Positions 12,921-28,313 of a stretch of 64,000 nt of DNA are shown in pieces. A program made the translations under genes and the position numbers. Numbering within the stretch: the first letter of the stretch is position 1; every line of letters starts with the position of its first letter. The DNA lies in NCBI GenBank assembly GCA_001244265.2, contig CDLV01000013.1, positions 930,001 to 994,000 on the forward strand. Direction: 5' to 3'. This DNA comes from Microbotryum violaceum. Its lineage: Eukaryota. The notes beneath the pieces were generated by a model. It had not been told where the DNA came from. It made no database searches and saw only the letters and a program-made list of their open reading frames with translations.

Positions 12921-15106
12921 CTAGTCGAACTTCATCTTCTTGCCCTCGAACGAAGCGGCTCCACCAGTTCGGGCAGACCCAGCTCGGGCACCCCATCCGG
13001 AATCTCCTTGTCGGCCACCTCGTCCTCCGCCGCGTCCTCCACCTCGTCCGCCACGGTCGCCGCCGAAACCGCCTCGTCCTCCACCACGGCCGCCACGCCC
13101 ACCACGGTCACCGCCGAAGCCACCACGACCTCCACCACGACCTCCTCCACCTCGATCGGATCGCTCCCCTCGGGGTTGTGAGTAGTCGAGACGGACGGTT
13201 CGGCCATCGACTTGCACACCCTCGCCATCAGCGGTCGGTCCACCTTTCTTGACGGCCGCCTCGGCACCATCCAGCGACGAGAACTCGACGTAACCGAAAC
13301 CCTTAGGTCGCCCAGACTCGGCATCCATCGGCAAGCGAACCGACGAGACGTCGCCAAAGTCGGCGAAAACGGACCAGACGCTGTCCTCACTGCACGAGAA
13401 GGGCAAGTTGCCGACAAACAAAGTCGTCGTAGGCGGGCCCGAGAGCGTGTCGTTGAAAGTCTTCTTGGGCTTGTCGCCGAAAGCGCCTTGCTCGCGGTTG
13501 GGACGAGGCTGACTAAGGTCGACCTTGATCGATCGGCCATCAATCTCGTTGCCGGCCATCTCGAGCGCCTTCTGCGCTGACTCGGCCTTGACGAACTCGA
13601 CGTAGCCGAAACCGCGCGAACGACCGGACTCACGGTCGGTTACGACGCGTGCAGACACGACCTCGCCGCAGACCTCGAACTCGCTCTTGAGCCACTCGTT
13701 GTCGACGTTCCACGAAAGGCCACCAACGTAGACGGTGGAAGACACAATCTCGCCATCGTTGCTGGCCTCGGCGGCAGGAGCGGGGGCATCGGCCGTCTTG
13801 GCCTTCTTCGCGGGCGCTTCGGTGGAGTCGGCGGCACGCTTCTTGCTAGCAACAGCGGGGGCTTTCTCTTCCTCTTCCTGACGACGTGAAGATGCGTAGG
13901 AGTCAATACAAAAGGCAATGCGGGCAAGATTGAGACTCTTCAAAGACCCACGTCGTCGCCGTCGTCAGAGTCATCGGACGAGTCAGAATCTGCCTTGGTG
14001 GCGGCGGGCTTCTGTGATGCAAAGGGTTCGCCGTCAACAGGGCATGTCAACTGACTGGGGGTCGAATTTCACTGACCTCCTCGTCATCAGAGTCGTCGGC
14101 CGACTCGGAGCTGTCATCTGACTCCTCCGTGGCCTTAGTGGCGGCTGCTTTGCCGTTGCTCTTGGCCTTGGGAGCCTACTCATAAAGACGAAGCATACAT
14201 AAAGCATTAGCGTGCGTTTTTAGTGACACAGAGACCAAGACGCACCTCATCCTCGCTGGACGAGTCGTCTTCGGAGGAGGACGTCTCTTCAGCGACGACC
14301 TCTGCGACCTTGGCGGCGCCATTAGCGACCGCCTTCTTGGCAGAGACGGCGGTCTTGACAACCTTCTTGGCGGCGTTCTTGACGGCCTTGACGGGCTAGA
14401 GAGTGGTGCGGACGAAGGGGTCGCAGGGCAGGGGGAATGAGAGGGTGTGGGTCAAGTCAGCGACACAACAGGCAACCGAATGACGAATGTAGAACGATGC
14501 AATGCAAATAGCCAGAGACAACAACGCAATGCTGTCTCGCATCGGGACGCAAATAGAAGTAAACCCGGGGAAGCACATCAAAGTCGGAAGGGAGCCGCGG
14601 AGAGAGCTTTGGCGGTGCTGCTGGCTGCGAAGCGCCGAGGAGCTCGGATTTGCTGAAGGGCGAACGCGGGCCCCGGAATGCGGCCAGGAAAGAATAGGAA
14701 CACTCACAGCAGCCTCTTCGTCGTCGGAAGAGTCATCCGAGTCAGACTCTGACGAAGACGAATCGTTCTTCTTGGCGGGGGCTACAGCAGCGACGACCTT
14801 GGCCGCGCCCTTCTTGGCCTTCTCGACCGCAGGCGCAGCCTCCTCCTCCGAAGACGACGAGTCACCGTCCGAGTCCTCGGATTCAGACGACGACGACGAC
14901 GACGACGACTCGGGCTCGGGCTCCGGTTGTTTCTTGGACGCCTTTTTGGACACCTTGGCGGAAACGGCGGGGGCGGCCACGACGGCTTTCTTCGAATCCT
15001 TCTTGCTCACGGCGGCCGTGGTCGACGACTTGGTCTTCTTAGACGAGTCGGCCTTCTCGATCTTGGACGCGGACTTGGATGTCTTGGGGGTGGTAGATTT
15101 TCCCAT
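12921..15106 (-). CDS. NSR1: Nucleolin-like protein (Nsr1/Gar2): K-rich and acidic-serine N-terminus, two RRMs, RGG tail
   Basis: RNP motifs VYVGGLSW/RGFGYVEF and LFVGNLPF/KGFGYVEF; RGG repeats; C-terminus FEGKKMKFD. Confidence 0.95.
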
Positions 15107-15676
15107 TTTGGAAAAGTGTGGGTGTAAGGGAAAAGAGTAGTTTGGGCGGAGGGGATGAAGGGGTTGAGGGGGAGTGGTGGGAGGTGGGAGGCGGAGCGTA
15201 CCCGGGCAGCGGATGTGGGTGTAAAGCTTCGCAGCCTTTTGTGTCTGCGAGAGTCTGCGGTAGCGCAGGCGGATCATATTTCGCAGCGAGCGCGCACGGA
15301 CCGCCGCAGTGGCGTCGGCCAATCCCGACTGGGCGAGCACGTCCATGACATTCGCGACGCTGGGAGCATGGAACTTTAGGCTGAAGTCGACTACGGGAAT
15401 CGGGGTCTAGAGAGATGCATTCCAAGGTTTTCAGCTTTGCGAGATGTCCAACTGAAGCACCGAGCGAGTCGGTGGAATAAGTTACACAGAGAACAAAAGG
15501 AGACAGGAAGCGGGACTACTGCAACCATGAACTGCGAGGATATCAAGAAATGAGAGTACCGAGAACAGATAACGAAGAGAACAGAGACGAGGAGTGATCG
15601 TGGGTGTAAGCAGCTCCGAGCTGCCCTTATTTTTTGGACGTTTCGACAAAAGCATGGTATAGAGAAGGCTGCCCCT

Positions 15677-18736
<3,060 letters not shown>

Positions 18737-19501
18737 GGTTGAAGGTCGGGGCGTGGGTAGGCAAGGGCCGGCTCGGAACGAGCTGGGCGTGAGGCTTCTG
18801 CCCGGGAGTGCAAGGCGAAGCTGATGAATATGATCGGGCAACGAACGCGGAGGCCTGAGAGTACCGGCGAGGACGGCGGAAAAAGAGAGCAAGACGCGAA
18901 CCCAAGTGATGGCCGAATCGGATAGCACGGTAACAAGGAGCCGGTCGAATGAGTGGGCGGTGCGGAGGAGTGAGCTAGAACGACTTCGCGAAAGTGGTCG
19001 GTGGTCGCGGGCTGCCGAGCGAGGCCGAGCGCCGGGGTTGTGATTGAGGCGCGTGCAATGTCGCGTCGCGCGCCATGTGCCTCGAGCTAGGGTGCGTCTG
19101 GCACATGTCAAAATCGGTTCAACACGATATCAAAAATCCGCGATCACTCCCCCTCGTCTCTATTCTCTTCGTTATCTGTTCTCGGTACTTTCATTTCTGG
19201 ATATCCTCGCAGTTCATGGTTGCAGTAGTCCCGCTTCCTCAGGCTGTCTCTTTTTGTTCTTTGTGTAACTTATTCCACCGACTCGCTCGGTGCTTCAGTT
19301 GGACATCTCGCAAAAGTGAAAACCTTGGAATGCATTTCTCTAGGCCCCGATTCCCGTAGTCGCAGCATACCATGCGTCCGCTGGCTCACTCCCAAGAACG
19401 ATCCACTGAGCGTAATGTTATTCCCATTAAAGCGTAATTTTGACAACGGCCGGTATCGCTAGAGATCCCTCGCTCCTGTACGCCACACCCCTCGTGGGCG
19501 A

Positions 19502-20450
19502 TCAACTGGCATCCTCAAATGGGTCATCGCCTCCATTTGCGCCCTGCGGCATAGCGTTTCGACCTTCCGGAGCTTTGTGATAGCGTCCCTCTCCTATCTC
19601 CATCGCATCCTGGTCCCGAATCCCACTAGTGCCGAGAACTTGGGTCAAAAGCTCGACATTGGCCGCGTCGCTTGACGAGATCGCTCCCAGCCGCTCGTTG
19701 CCGCGTCTCATTTTGCGGATGAGGACGCCAGCGTCGATGCCGTGCTCGGCTAGAACCTCGACAAGAGTTTCGTGTAGAGTGATGGCGGTCTCGTCCAGGG
19801 ACTGCTCATCCGCCTGGGCCTCGAAAAGCTGCATACTCAACCGCGCACGGGCCGGTAAAGGAACGCACGGGTGCCATGTGTCAGCCGGTGCAGCATTCAG
19901 GTCAGCATTCCCCTCACTTTCGCACTCGTCAAGCAAGGTAACGAAGCTCTACGCATCTCCAACTCACGCATTCTCCCACCATCACCTCGACACTGAGGAC
20001 CTCACGTCCTTGCACGGCCGACTTGACCCTCCGCTCAGCTTCGGCGATGCGCTCGTTGAACTCGTCCTCGACGCCTTGGTCGACCCGTTTCGACATGGCT
20101 TCTGTCTCGTCAACGTCACTGACAACCGTGGGGATCATTTTTATGCGCTGTCTTAACTCGGGCTCCCCTGTATTGGCGTCGGCGTCGGGTTCGGCATCGA
20201 CTTGGGCACCGTCCTCGTGTCGCTCGTCGGGTATCCACCTCGCCATCCAATCCGCTTTGAGTGCGCCAACGCGGACTTTCCATTCGTCCCTCAACTCTCC
20301 CGCCAACGTGGCCATCTCAGCTCGTGTCGAACTTTGAATCTGAGTGAGCAGCAGCGCATTCGACAACAGCACGAGTTCGGGATAAATCCGCGTCGCTCGC
20401 ACCGGGTCGAATAGGGATGCATCGAGTGTAGCAGGTGAACTCGACGCCAT
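19502..20450 (-). CDS. Hypothetical protein, two exons
   Basis: ORFs 19929-20450 and 19502-19936 join through a short GT-AG intron (~19939-19979); no family recognised. Confidence 0.6.
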
Positions 20451-20882
20451 CAGCGTTCAAGCGGGGCGTGTAATGTGCTATGAAGGGTTCGTTGCTTGAG
20501 CCAACCGGCGACCGATGATTGTATCTCGTATGAGGTAACGAGCTCGGATGAACGCTCGAAAGAAGTGAAGCTGTCGCACGGACCGTTCTGACGCGCCGTC
20601 GGTTCGTAGGTAGTCGAATCTATGAAATCTAATTAGGCTTGATACGAAGAAAAACACTTGAATCGTTGTCCGGATGCTCTAGCAGGAGGATGGGCGGAAC
20701 CGCTTGATTCTAATATGTTGCTCACTGATCTATGTAGTATATATTGGGGCTCGAGGGCGCTGTGCGCCCACCTCCCTGCGTAATTGAAGGTCGTCGCGAG
20801 CTCCGAACAGAAGATCGGCGCGTGCGCGCGCGGCTGAGAACCTTATTTGATGGAGGCATTTGCCGTACAATCTACTCTGTAC

Positions 20883-20930
20883 TATGTAGATGTAGATAGA
20901 TGTAGATGAGATGTAGATAGAGAGAGAGAG
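20883..20930. repeat. Compound microsatellite (TAGATG)n/(AG)n
   Basis: tatgtagatgtagatagatgtagatgagatgtagatagagagagagag read directly. Confidence 0.8.
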
Positions 20931-21880
20931 ATCCCGGACAACGTTCGGATCAACACAAGTTCCTGAACTCTGTGTTCATTTCCTCTTTGTTCACCTCTCA
21001 ACTTCTGCGACCTGTAGTATCCACTGCACTGCGACCTGCAGTGTCCGAGATGAATCAAGGGCAACACCGTACATCAAGTATAGCCATACTTTGTTGATGC
21101 AGCCACCTCATAGTCACTTGAAGCTCAGTGGACACAAGTCTCAGCCGCCAGCCGGGCTTAGGCACTGGGACTGAATAAACACGTTACACCGGTAGAGTCC
21201 AGCCCTTCGCCGGAATGTGCCCCGAGAAGTCAATCAGAGCTAGGTGACTATTACTGCCCACCGCCCAGCCTCGCCCAGTCCGGCTCTCCGTCAAAAGCCT
21301 CTTCAAAGCGCCAGAAAGCGCCTGGAAGCGCTCCCGAGTCGTGCGTTGAAACCGCTCAGGTCCGAGCTTGCGACAACTCTGCCTCTGCTCTGTCGCCACT
21401 CGCCTGCTTCGCCTGCACTTGGGATATAATGCGTCTCGGGCTCAATCTGGCTTGATTGTGCATCGGGCTGGAGTAGTGTCCATAGAGCCAGCGGCTATCT
21501 GACTGCCCACCTGACTGACAACCCAAACCCCCCATTCAGCTCTGGAAAGCCGCGGCGCCGCGACGCGTGCGTTCCCCCGGGTGCTTCAACGAACGAGCGG
21601 ACGAGCGGACGAACGCCGGGCCAGGTCGTCCGACTCGACGGGCACTGCGATCGTTGCACGACAACGACCGCTACTGCAGTAGGCCAGCACGATACCTCAA
21701 CACGATCGATGGTAATGCTACCTGCCCTGCAACCAAAATACTCGTCTCGGTCAGGTGGGCCGCAGCGACCACGCATCAGCACTAGTGGGTCGACGCTCCT
21801 TTTCGCCCCACCGGGATCCCGTAACCGCGGCGTCGCGTCGTTCGGACGACGGATTCCGCACTCTAGGGACGGGACTGACA

Positions 21881-24800
21881 ATGTTTTCGCCGTATGCAGG
21901 CTCCATCGTCCACGTGGATCCGACAAACTCGGCTGCTTCGATGCCCGTCGGCGACGGCAAAGCTCGTGGACCGAGTCCCCAGCCGCTCGGGTCCACCGCC
22001 ACCGCCGGTGCCCCGTTAGCATCATCCGCTAATCGGGAGGTTACGACACAAGTCTTTATGGCCCAGTCTCTCCAGCCTAACACCAACTCAGGCTTTCCAT
22101 TGCGCCCGGCTCTCATGCCGCGCACTCGGTCTTCGCCCGTTCCGGATCGCAACAGATCTGCGAGCGAGCACGAAGACCTGCCACCGCCGTGGCGTGTCGA
22201 CGCTCCAACTACGCGCACTCGACTATCGCCATCGCCTCGCAGTGCCTCCACAAGCTTTGTCGATGCGGGCGAAGGGTATGTTGACTTCAGCTCGACATCG
22301 CCGGCCAGTTCAATGTCATCGGTCGCGACTCGTCGCTTCTCGCCCTCGCTTGAGACTGGCGTCTCCTTCCCAGCCTCCTCAACCTCAGGTCTGAACGCAG
22401 GGCAGCGCTCTAGGTTATCCCAAGCGTTGCTCGATGTATCCGCCGATATATCGTCGCTGCTGCCCTCGCGACCCTCGTCGCCCTTGTCACAAGGCACCAC
22501 AGGTCTGGTTCGGGCCAAGGTAGCTTCCGATAGACGTGCCACCTCAATGTCGAGTCTCGATTCAAACACGCTCGAAACGATTGCTCGCCCCTTAGAGCGT
22601 CCCTCGTCCCGTGGCACCTTCGCGAGCAGCTCACCTTTGTCCACTGCCGCCGAGGCCCGACAACTCGAACGAACTCCTTCCGTACCTGGGTCTGACGACT
22701 CACTTTGTCATTCAATCTCGACGGGATCCGCTTCGGGGTGGTCGCCCTTCTTCTCCCCTCATTCCGCTGCTTCCACCGCCGCTCGAACGAGCTTCGCCAG
22801 CAATGTGTCCAAAGAGCCGAGTACGAGTCCTCCCCTCGGATTGAGCATCCTTGAGATCCAGGCTTCGTCGACTGCAACGACGTCTCGGTCTCTGGAGCTC
22901 GACTCTAGCGGCCATCGAGCTCCCCCTCTTCAATTGGCTCACTCGTCCAGATCCCCACCCGTCGCCACGCCCAAGCCTGAGCATGCTTTCGGTGACGGGG
23001 ACCTCGATATATCCTTGGCCGAGCTCCAACGTTTTGCGCAGTCGCTGCCTTCGCCTGCACTGTCGATGAAGCCGTCATACTCGCAGGGTTCCGCATCCAA
23101 TTGGCCGCCCCCGTCGCCGGGGATCCTGACCTGCTTCCAGGTCGTCAGCCCTGTGCTAGTGCAGACTCTATCCCCCATCCTTTCCGTCGCCCCTTTGAGT
23201 CCTTCACCACTAGTGGAACCAGATTCCGAATGCCGGTCGAGTGTGGCGACTGTCTCCTCGACCATCGCTAGCGAATCAGACGGTGGAAGCGGAGGATGGA
23301 ACGGGGGCGACAACTCTTCGAGGTCGACGGCAGCAAGCGAACTTGACTGGAAAATGGGAGCCCAGGAGACGCATAATGACCAAGACAACGCCGAATCACT
23401 TGGCCCAAGAAGCACGATTATAAACTGGACTGGAACAGAGATCGACATGATGGCTGTGCTACCTATGAGTGAGTGGGGCGTCAGGCTCGATGTGCGACTT
23501 TCGTGTCAGGCACTCATGAGCTATGCCGGGGCGACGACAGGTACCACCCATCTCCTGCTCTCACACATGACGCCATCGGCCGCCATCTCGTCACTGCTCC
23601 GCAAAGTGCTGCCCTCTCTCAATCCTGGCCTCACCGTCCTCAATCTCTCGCACAACAGCTTGCATGCACTGCCATCCACCATCGCTTTGTGTGCGTCCAC
23701 ACTGGAAGAGATGTCGGTTTCGGGCAACCCGATTCGCGATCTTCCCCAGTGGCTGACCGACTTTACTCGCCTGCGCGTCTTCCTCGCCGATGAATGCGAA
23801 CTGTCGTCAATCAGCGAGGTCGTCAATGCTTGGCCCGCGCTGGAGACACTTTCCCTCAGAAGGAATCGTATCGATCGATTGCCGCCTTGGCTAGCCCGTT
23901 CAAGCAACCTCTGCAGGTTCGACATCGACGGCAATGACTGGTCCGGAGAGTGGCTACAAGTCATCGCACCCCTATTGACGGACGAGAGAGCGGTCGCGGG
24001 CACGATTCCTTCGGCTACTGAGGGTTTTCGGTCGGGATCGAGCACCCCGTCCGGAGGCTGGCCGGATTCGAATCCGCCTCACGCCTCTGCTCCGGTCTCA
24101 ATCTCACTGGACCCTGGTCAAAGCTTGAAGGGTTCGCGGAGCGTGAGTGCGTCCTCTTTGCAATTTCCTGCGCCTGAAGTGGGAGGTATCCACGCGGGCA
24201 GCGTTTTTGGCAAGATGATCAAGACCGCTTCCTCCCGTATTCGATCACGGTCAATATCGGGAAAGAAGCTGTCGCAGCTAGATCGAGCCCAATCTGAGCC
24301 CACGATGCCTTTGTCTGTCCTCGACATCCGACCCTGCCGAGGTGAGGGCCGGAAGCGAAGGAGTTTCCTCCTCACGCCATGCGACATCGCAAACATTTCA
24401 GAGCCGGAAATAACCCCGATGCCACGACTGGCATCGCTGGGCGGTCAAAATAAACCTAGTGGGCAAGACGCTGCGACGTTCGCGACCAAGATGATGGATA
24501 GCAATGTTGACGAGGAAGACCATCGAGCGGGGCTGCGCATCGTCATGGGCTACCTTCGTGATCTCGACGACTTGACCTTAGGCGTCAAGAGGAACTCGTT
24601 TAGCACCCTCGCGTCCAGCCAGGGTTCAGTTCGACATTCATCCTCGCTCGGCTCGATCGCATTCGGACAGAACGGCGATTCTGCCACAGTGGTGCGACGT
24701 GCGCAATCGACTCGCAGAAATACGTCAGGCCGCGCCTCAACTATGGACGAGTTTGACGCCCTACGTCAATCGCTTCCTGGCAGTACCACGTCAGGGCCGC

Positions 24801-26418
24801 TGAAGATACGAGACGATCCCGCTCGGCGCGAAGCTGTAGTCAAGGAAATCATCGAGACGGAAAAGACGTATCTCAGGGGACTCGAAGAGTTGGTGGCAAT
24901 CTATGTGGGACCAAGCGCAGGTGTGATTGATGGCAAGGAGCTGTTACCTGCTGTCGAGAGACGAGCCGTCTTCTCCAACGTGGTCAGTTTTGCCCGGATG
25001 TGACATTACCCGCTAATCCTTGACTGATCGCTCCGGCCTCGTTGCTTTCCTTCGGGAGTAGGAGGCAATCCGCGATTTCCACGCAAAGATCTTCTTCCCC
25101 GACCTGTTGGAAGTCGTGCAGTCAGCCACCAAAGCCAGCGCTTCGATCCGGCTTATCGATCCTTCACACCGGTGGCTAATGGCCGCTATAGGCATTGGCC
25201 GCGTGTTCGCACGTCATGCTGCTGTGCTCAAAATCTACTCGGCGTACGTCAACGCGTTCGACGGCGCGCTGACCCGCATACAATCTTGGATCATCGACGC
25301 TGCTCCTTCGCGGCCGGGCACAAGCTCTGGGAGTCGCGAAGCTTCTACGCCCGGCCTGGCCGCGAACAAGCCAGACGGTTCACACGGCGGTTGCGCCCTG
25401 ACGATGAATCAAAAAAAGAGGATCAAAGCCTTCCTCAAGCGTTGCAAGTCTCATCCGGACCATTCACAGATCTCACTCGAATCGTACCTGCTCTTGCCGG
25501 TTCAACGAGTCCCGCGGTATCGCATGCTCCTAGGTACCTTTCTCTCTTCTTTTTCTCCTTTTCATCAACGCTGCAGGGCCTCACCGTTACAGTTTTGTAT
25601 TCTCCGTCAGAATCCCTCCTTTCGTGCACGCCCTACATCCTACCGGTTGGCGACTCGTGTGTGTCACCGCACGACACTGCATCACCTTTGGTCCCGCACC
25701 CGACGCTATATGAAGCATTGACGCTAGTTTCCGAAGTTGCCGTATCGATGAACGAGCGCAAGCGAGAAACCGAAGGACGTGCCGAATTGTTGTACTGGCA
25801 AGGACGAATTGGCCACCGTTTCCGCTCGCCCCTCGTACAACCGCATCGAAGCTTGATAAAGAGCGGCGCCGTCAACCTTGTTCGCACAGTCAAGCGGGCT
25901 GGCGGGACCGTAGCGCAAAAATGGTCAAGCAAGGATTCTGGCGAATATTTGGTTCAAGAGGTTGGCAAACTATCCTTGGTGAGTCCGCCCTCGCTAGGCC
26001 GCCAACATTTGCCTCGTTTTTGAACCGCGTGTTGACATATTGCATGTTCGCTGCCCGCTCTTCCAGATCGCGCTCCTGGTAACAGATCTCCTTGTGCTCG
26101 TCAAGGCACCTCCACCTGTTGTTATGGATCCACACGCCCAAGTTGACTTGTACACGGTCATTCGCTTATCACCCGCGATCGAGCGTGGCGGTACTTTCGA
26201 AGGGCCGGCTAGTGTCTATGGGGCTGATCACACAAGTAAGCGTCTATAGGCGACTGCGTTACAGCTACCCCTCACGACTGACACCTCTTCTCTTTCATTG
26301 TACAGCCCTCAGGATCGTTTGTGACACGCGCGCAATTCTATACCTGGACTGCAGCTCAGTCAACGAAGCTTCTACGTGGGCGCGGTTGATCAACGTGCAG
26401 TGGGAATTGAACACTTGA
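21881..26418 (+). CDS. LRR + Dbl-homology (RhoGEF) + PH-domain protein
   Basis: LRRs (LTVLNLSHNSLHALP, LETLSLRRNRIDRLP); DH motifs (VVKEIIETEKTYLRGL, YSAYVN, LESYLLLPVQRVPRYRMLL, MNERKR); PH-like end. Start uncertain (frame open from 21755). Confidence 0.88.
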
Positions 26419-26696
26419 GAAGGCCGTCTCAAATGTACACTCGGCTTGTCTACTTATAACATGATTTTATACACTTGAAGTCTGCCGTCATCTGTGCAAC
26501 GCCTTCGTCCAGGCTCCGCGAATATGACCTTGCCTTCCACCCCGTCGTAAATAGCATTCGCATCACATCACTCGCAATTTGCTCATTCGTAGATATTAAA
26601 CAACATGTTGATAATTGCATACGCTACGTTCACTACTGTACGGTCTCGATTCGGTCTCGGCTGGGCTCAATCTGAACTACCCCTTCAAACGCGTTC

Positions 26697-28313
26697 TTAC
26701 ATTCCACGGCTCCCGCGAGAGATTATGTGGCGGGTCATTTCCCGCCCCGCCACTCTTTCGCTGGCCTTCGATCCCGGCCCAACACATAAGAGAAACTCGA
26801 ATGGCTCGGATTCGACCTCGGGCTGGAGTGAGCCGCGAGCGGTGCGCGCATTGCGCACAAGAGGTGCCATCGGCAGGTCCCGAGTGCATGCCATGGTGGG
26901 TGCGCCCCAGATGGCTGCTGCGACAGTATTGTGCTGAACAACGATTCCACGAGCTTCGGAAAACGCGAACGTGTATCCGAAGTAGCCGCTGCCGGACCTG
27001 AGGTGGTTGCTAGAGATGTCTGTTCCGAACGATACCGAACCCTGGACGTGCTTGGATCGATTTATGGCCCAGAGGTCGGACCCTGTGGCGATTCCGACGC
27101 GCACCATCGCCGAGACCGCGTTGATTTGGTTGAAAGCGATAGTCAGTCCCGCTTGCTCGTGGTCGCGCAGACCAAATCGTGGGTTCGGTACGGCAGCAAT
27201 TCCTACGAGCATGTCTCGGTCTGTTGCTGTGATGATGTTGGACGCGACGGACGTCGCGGGGGCACCCCGAAGGATGATGCCGGCCCCAGAAACGTTGACG
27301 ATTGCATTGTCGATGATTGTGCTGGACGAGGCAGACCCCAGCTTGAGTAACACAAATTTGCCAGGGCAGCATGACAAGTGGTGCACTCACGACCTGGCGC
27401 ACGCTACGCTGATCCCATCGGTCCACAGCCCAGGTCGCTCCCGGCCTCTGTAAGGCGGAGGCCCATCTCTGAGGCGCGCCAGCTCACTCGAAAGCATCAG
27501 ATCGAGCGGGGAGAGCCCGGCGTCTCTGAAGATGTTGTCCGAAATGACCACGCCTTCGCACTCGGCTCCTATACCTTCCTCGACGTGTACAAGAGCAAAA
27601 CCTCTGGCGTGCGAAATTTCGCATCCCCGCAGCAGCTGCTCACCGCCATCACCGCCAAGCAGCACGAGCGCATCCCCACCTTCGACTGCGCCGAGCTCGG
27701 TCCGGCCACCATCAATCTGGACGCTCAGGATTTGCACGCCCGTACATTGCGGACAACTCGCGTCAACTGCAGTGGTTAAATGACCGTTGTAGCGAGTCGA
27801 GCTCGTGCCCGTCTCGATCACAATTAGCGCCCGGGCGTTCTGGTCGGGATTTCCAACGGTTAAAATCGCTTGACGAGGTGCAGTGAAGCGGATCGGCTCG
27901 GTGTGTGGGTCGATAGAAATGTGTGCATGCTGGCATAAGATAATACGTGTCTCGGGTCCCCCTTCTTTGAGCATGCGATTGATCTGGTGCGCAGTTGAAT
28001 TGTGCACGCATTCGTCCCGGGAGTCTTGAGCATCGTCACCATCGTGGTCATCGACCTTGCCAATCACATATTTATTACGGATTGAAGACGAAATAGGAAT
28101 TTTTTGAATCGCGTAGGGGTTCATGAGCCGGTGTTGCTGCCTGATTTTCACCCTACTAATACTAGTACGGGCGAGCGGACCCCGGCCGGGAGCGCGTTCT
28201 GGCCGCGAGTCGCTCGACCGGGCGACACACGATGTAACGAAGGCCGCAAGCACGAACAGCGACCATGAAAGTGGGCACGATGACTTGCGGCTTTTTCGCC
28301 AGAGTCTGGCCAT
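26697..28313 (-). CDS. Putative secreted right-handed beta-helix (pectin-lyase-like fold) protein
   Basis: Hydrophobic N-terminal segment (WSLFVLAAFVTSCVA); repeated I.DN.I / I.SN strands; W.DGISVAC motif; intron ~27340-27390. Confidence 0.6.

Noticed and set aside
20675-20932. Possible small Helitron (minus-strand A|TCTCTC start, CTAG near 20680)
   Set aside because: Hairpin is only 4 bp, CTAG is not followed by T, and there is no homology to the other Helitrons here.
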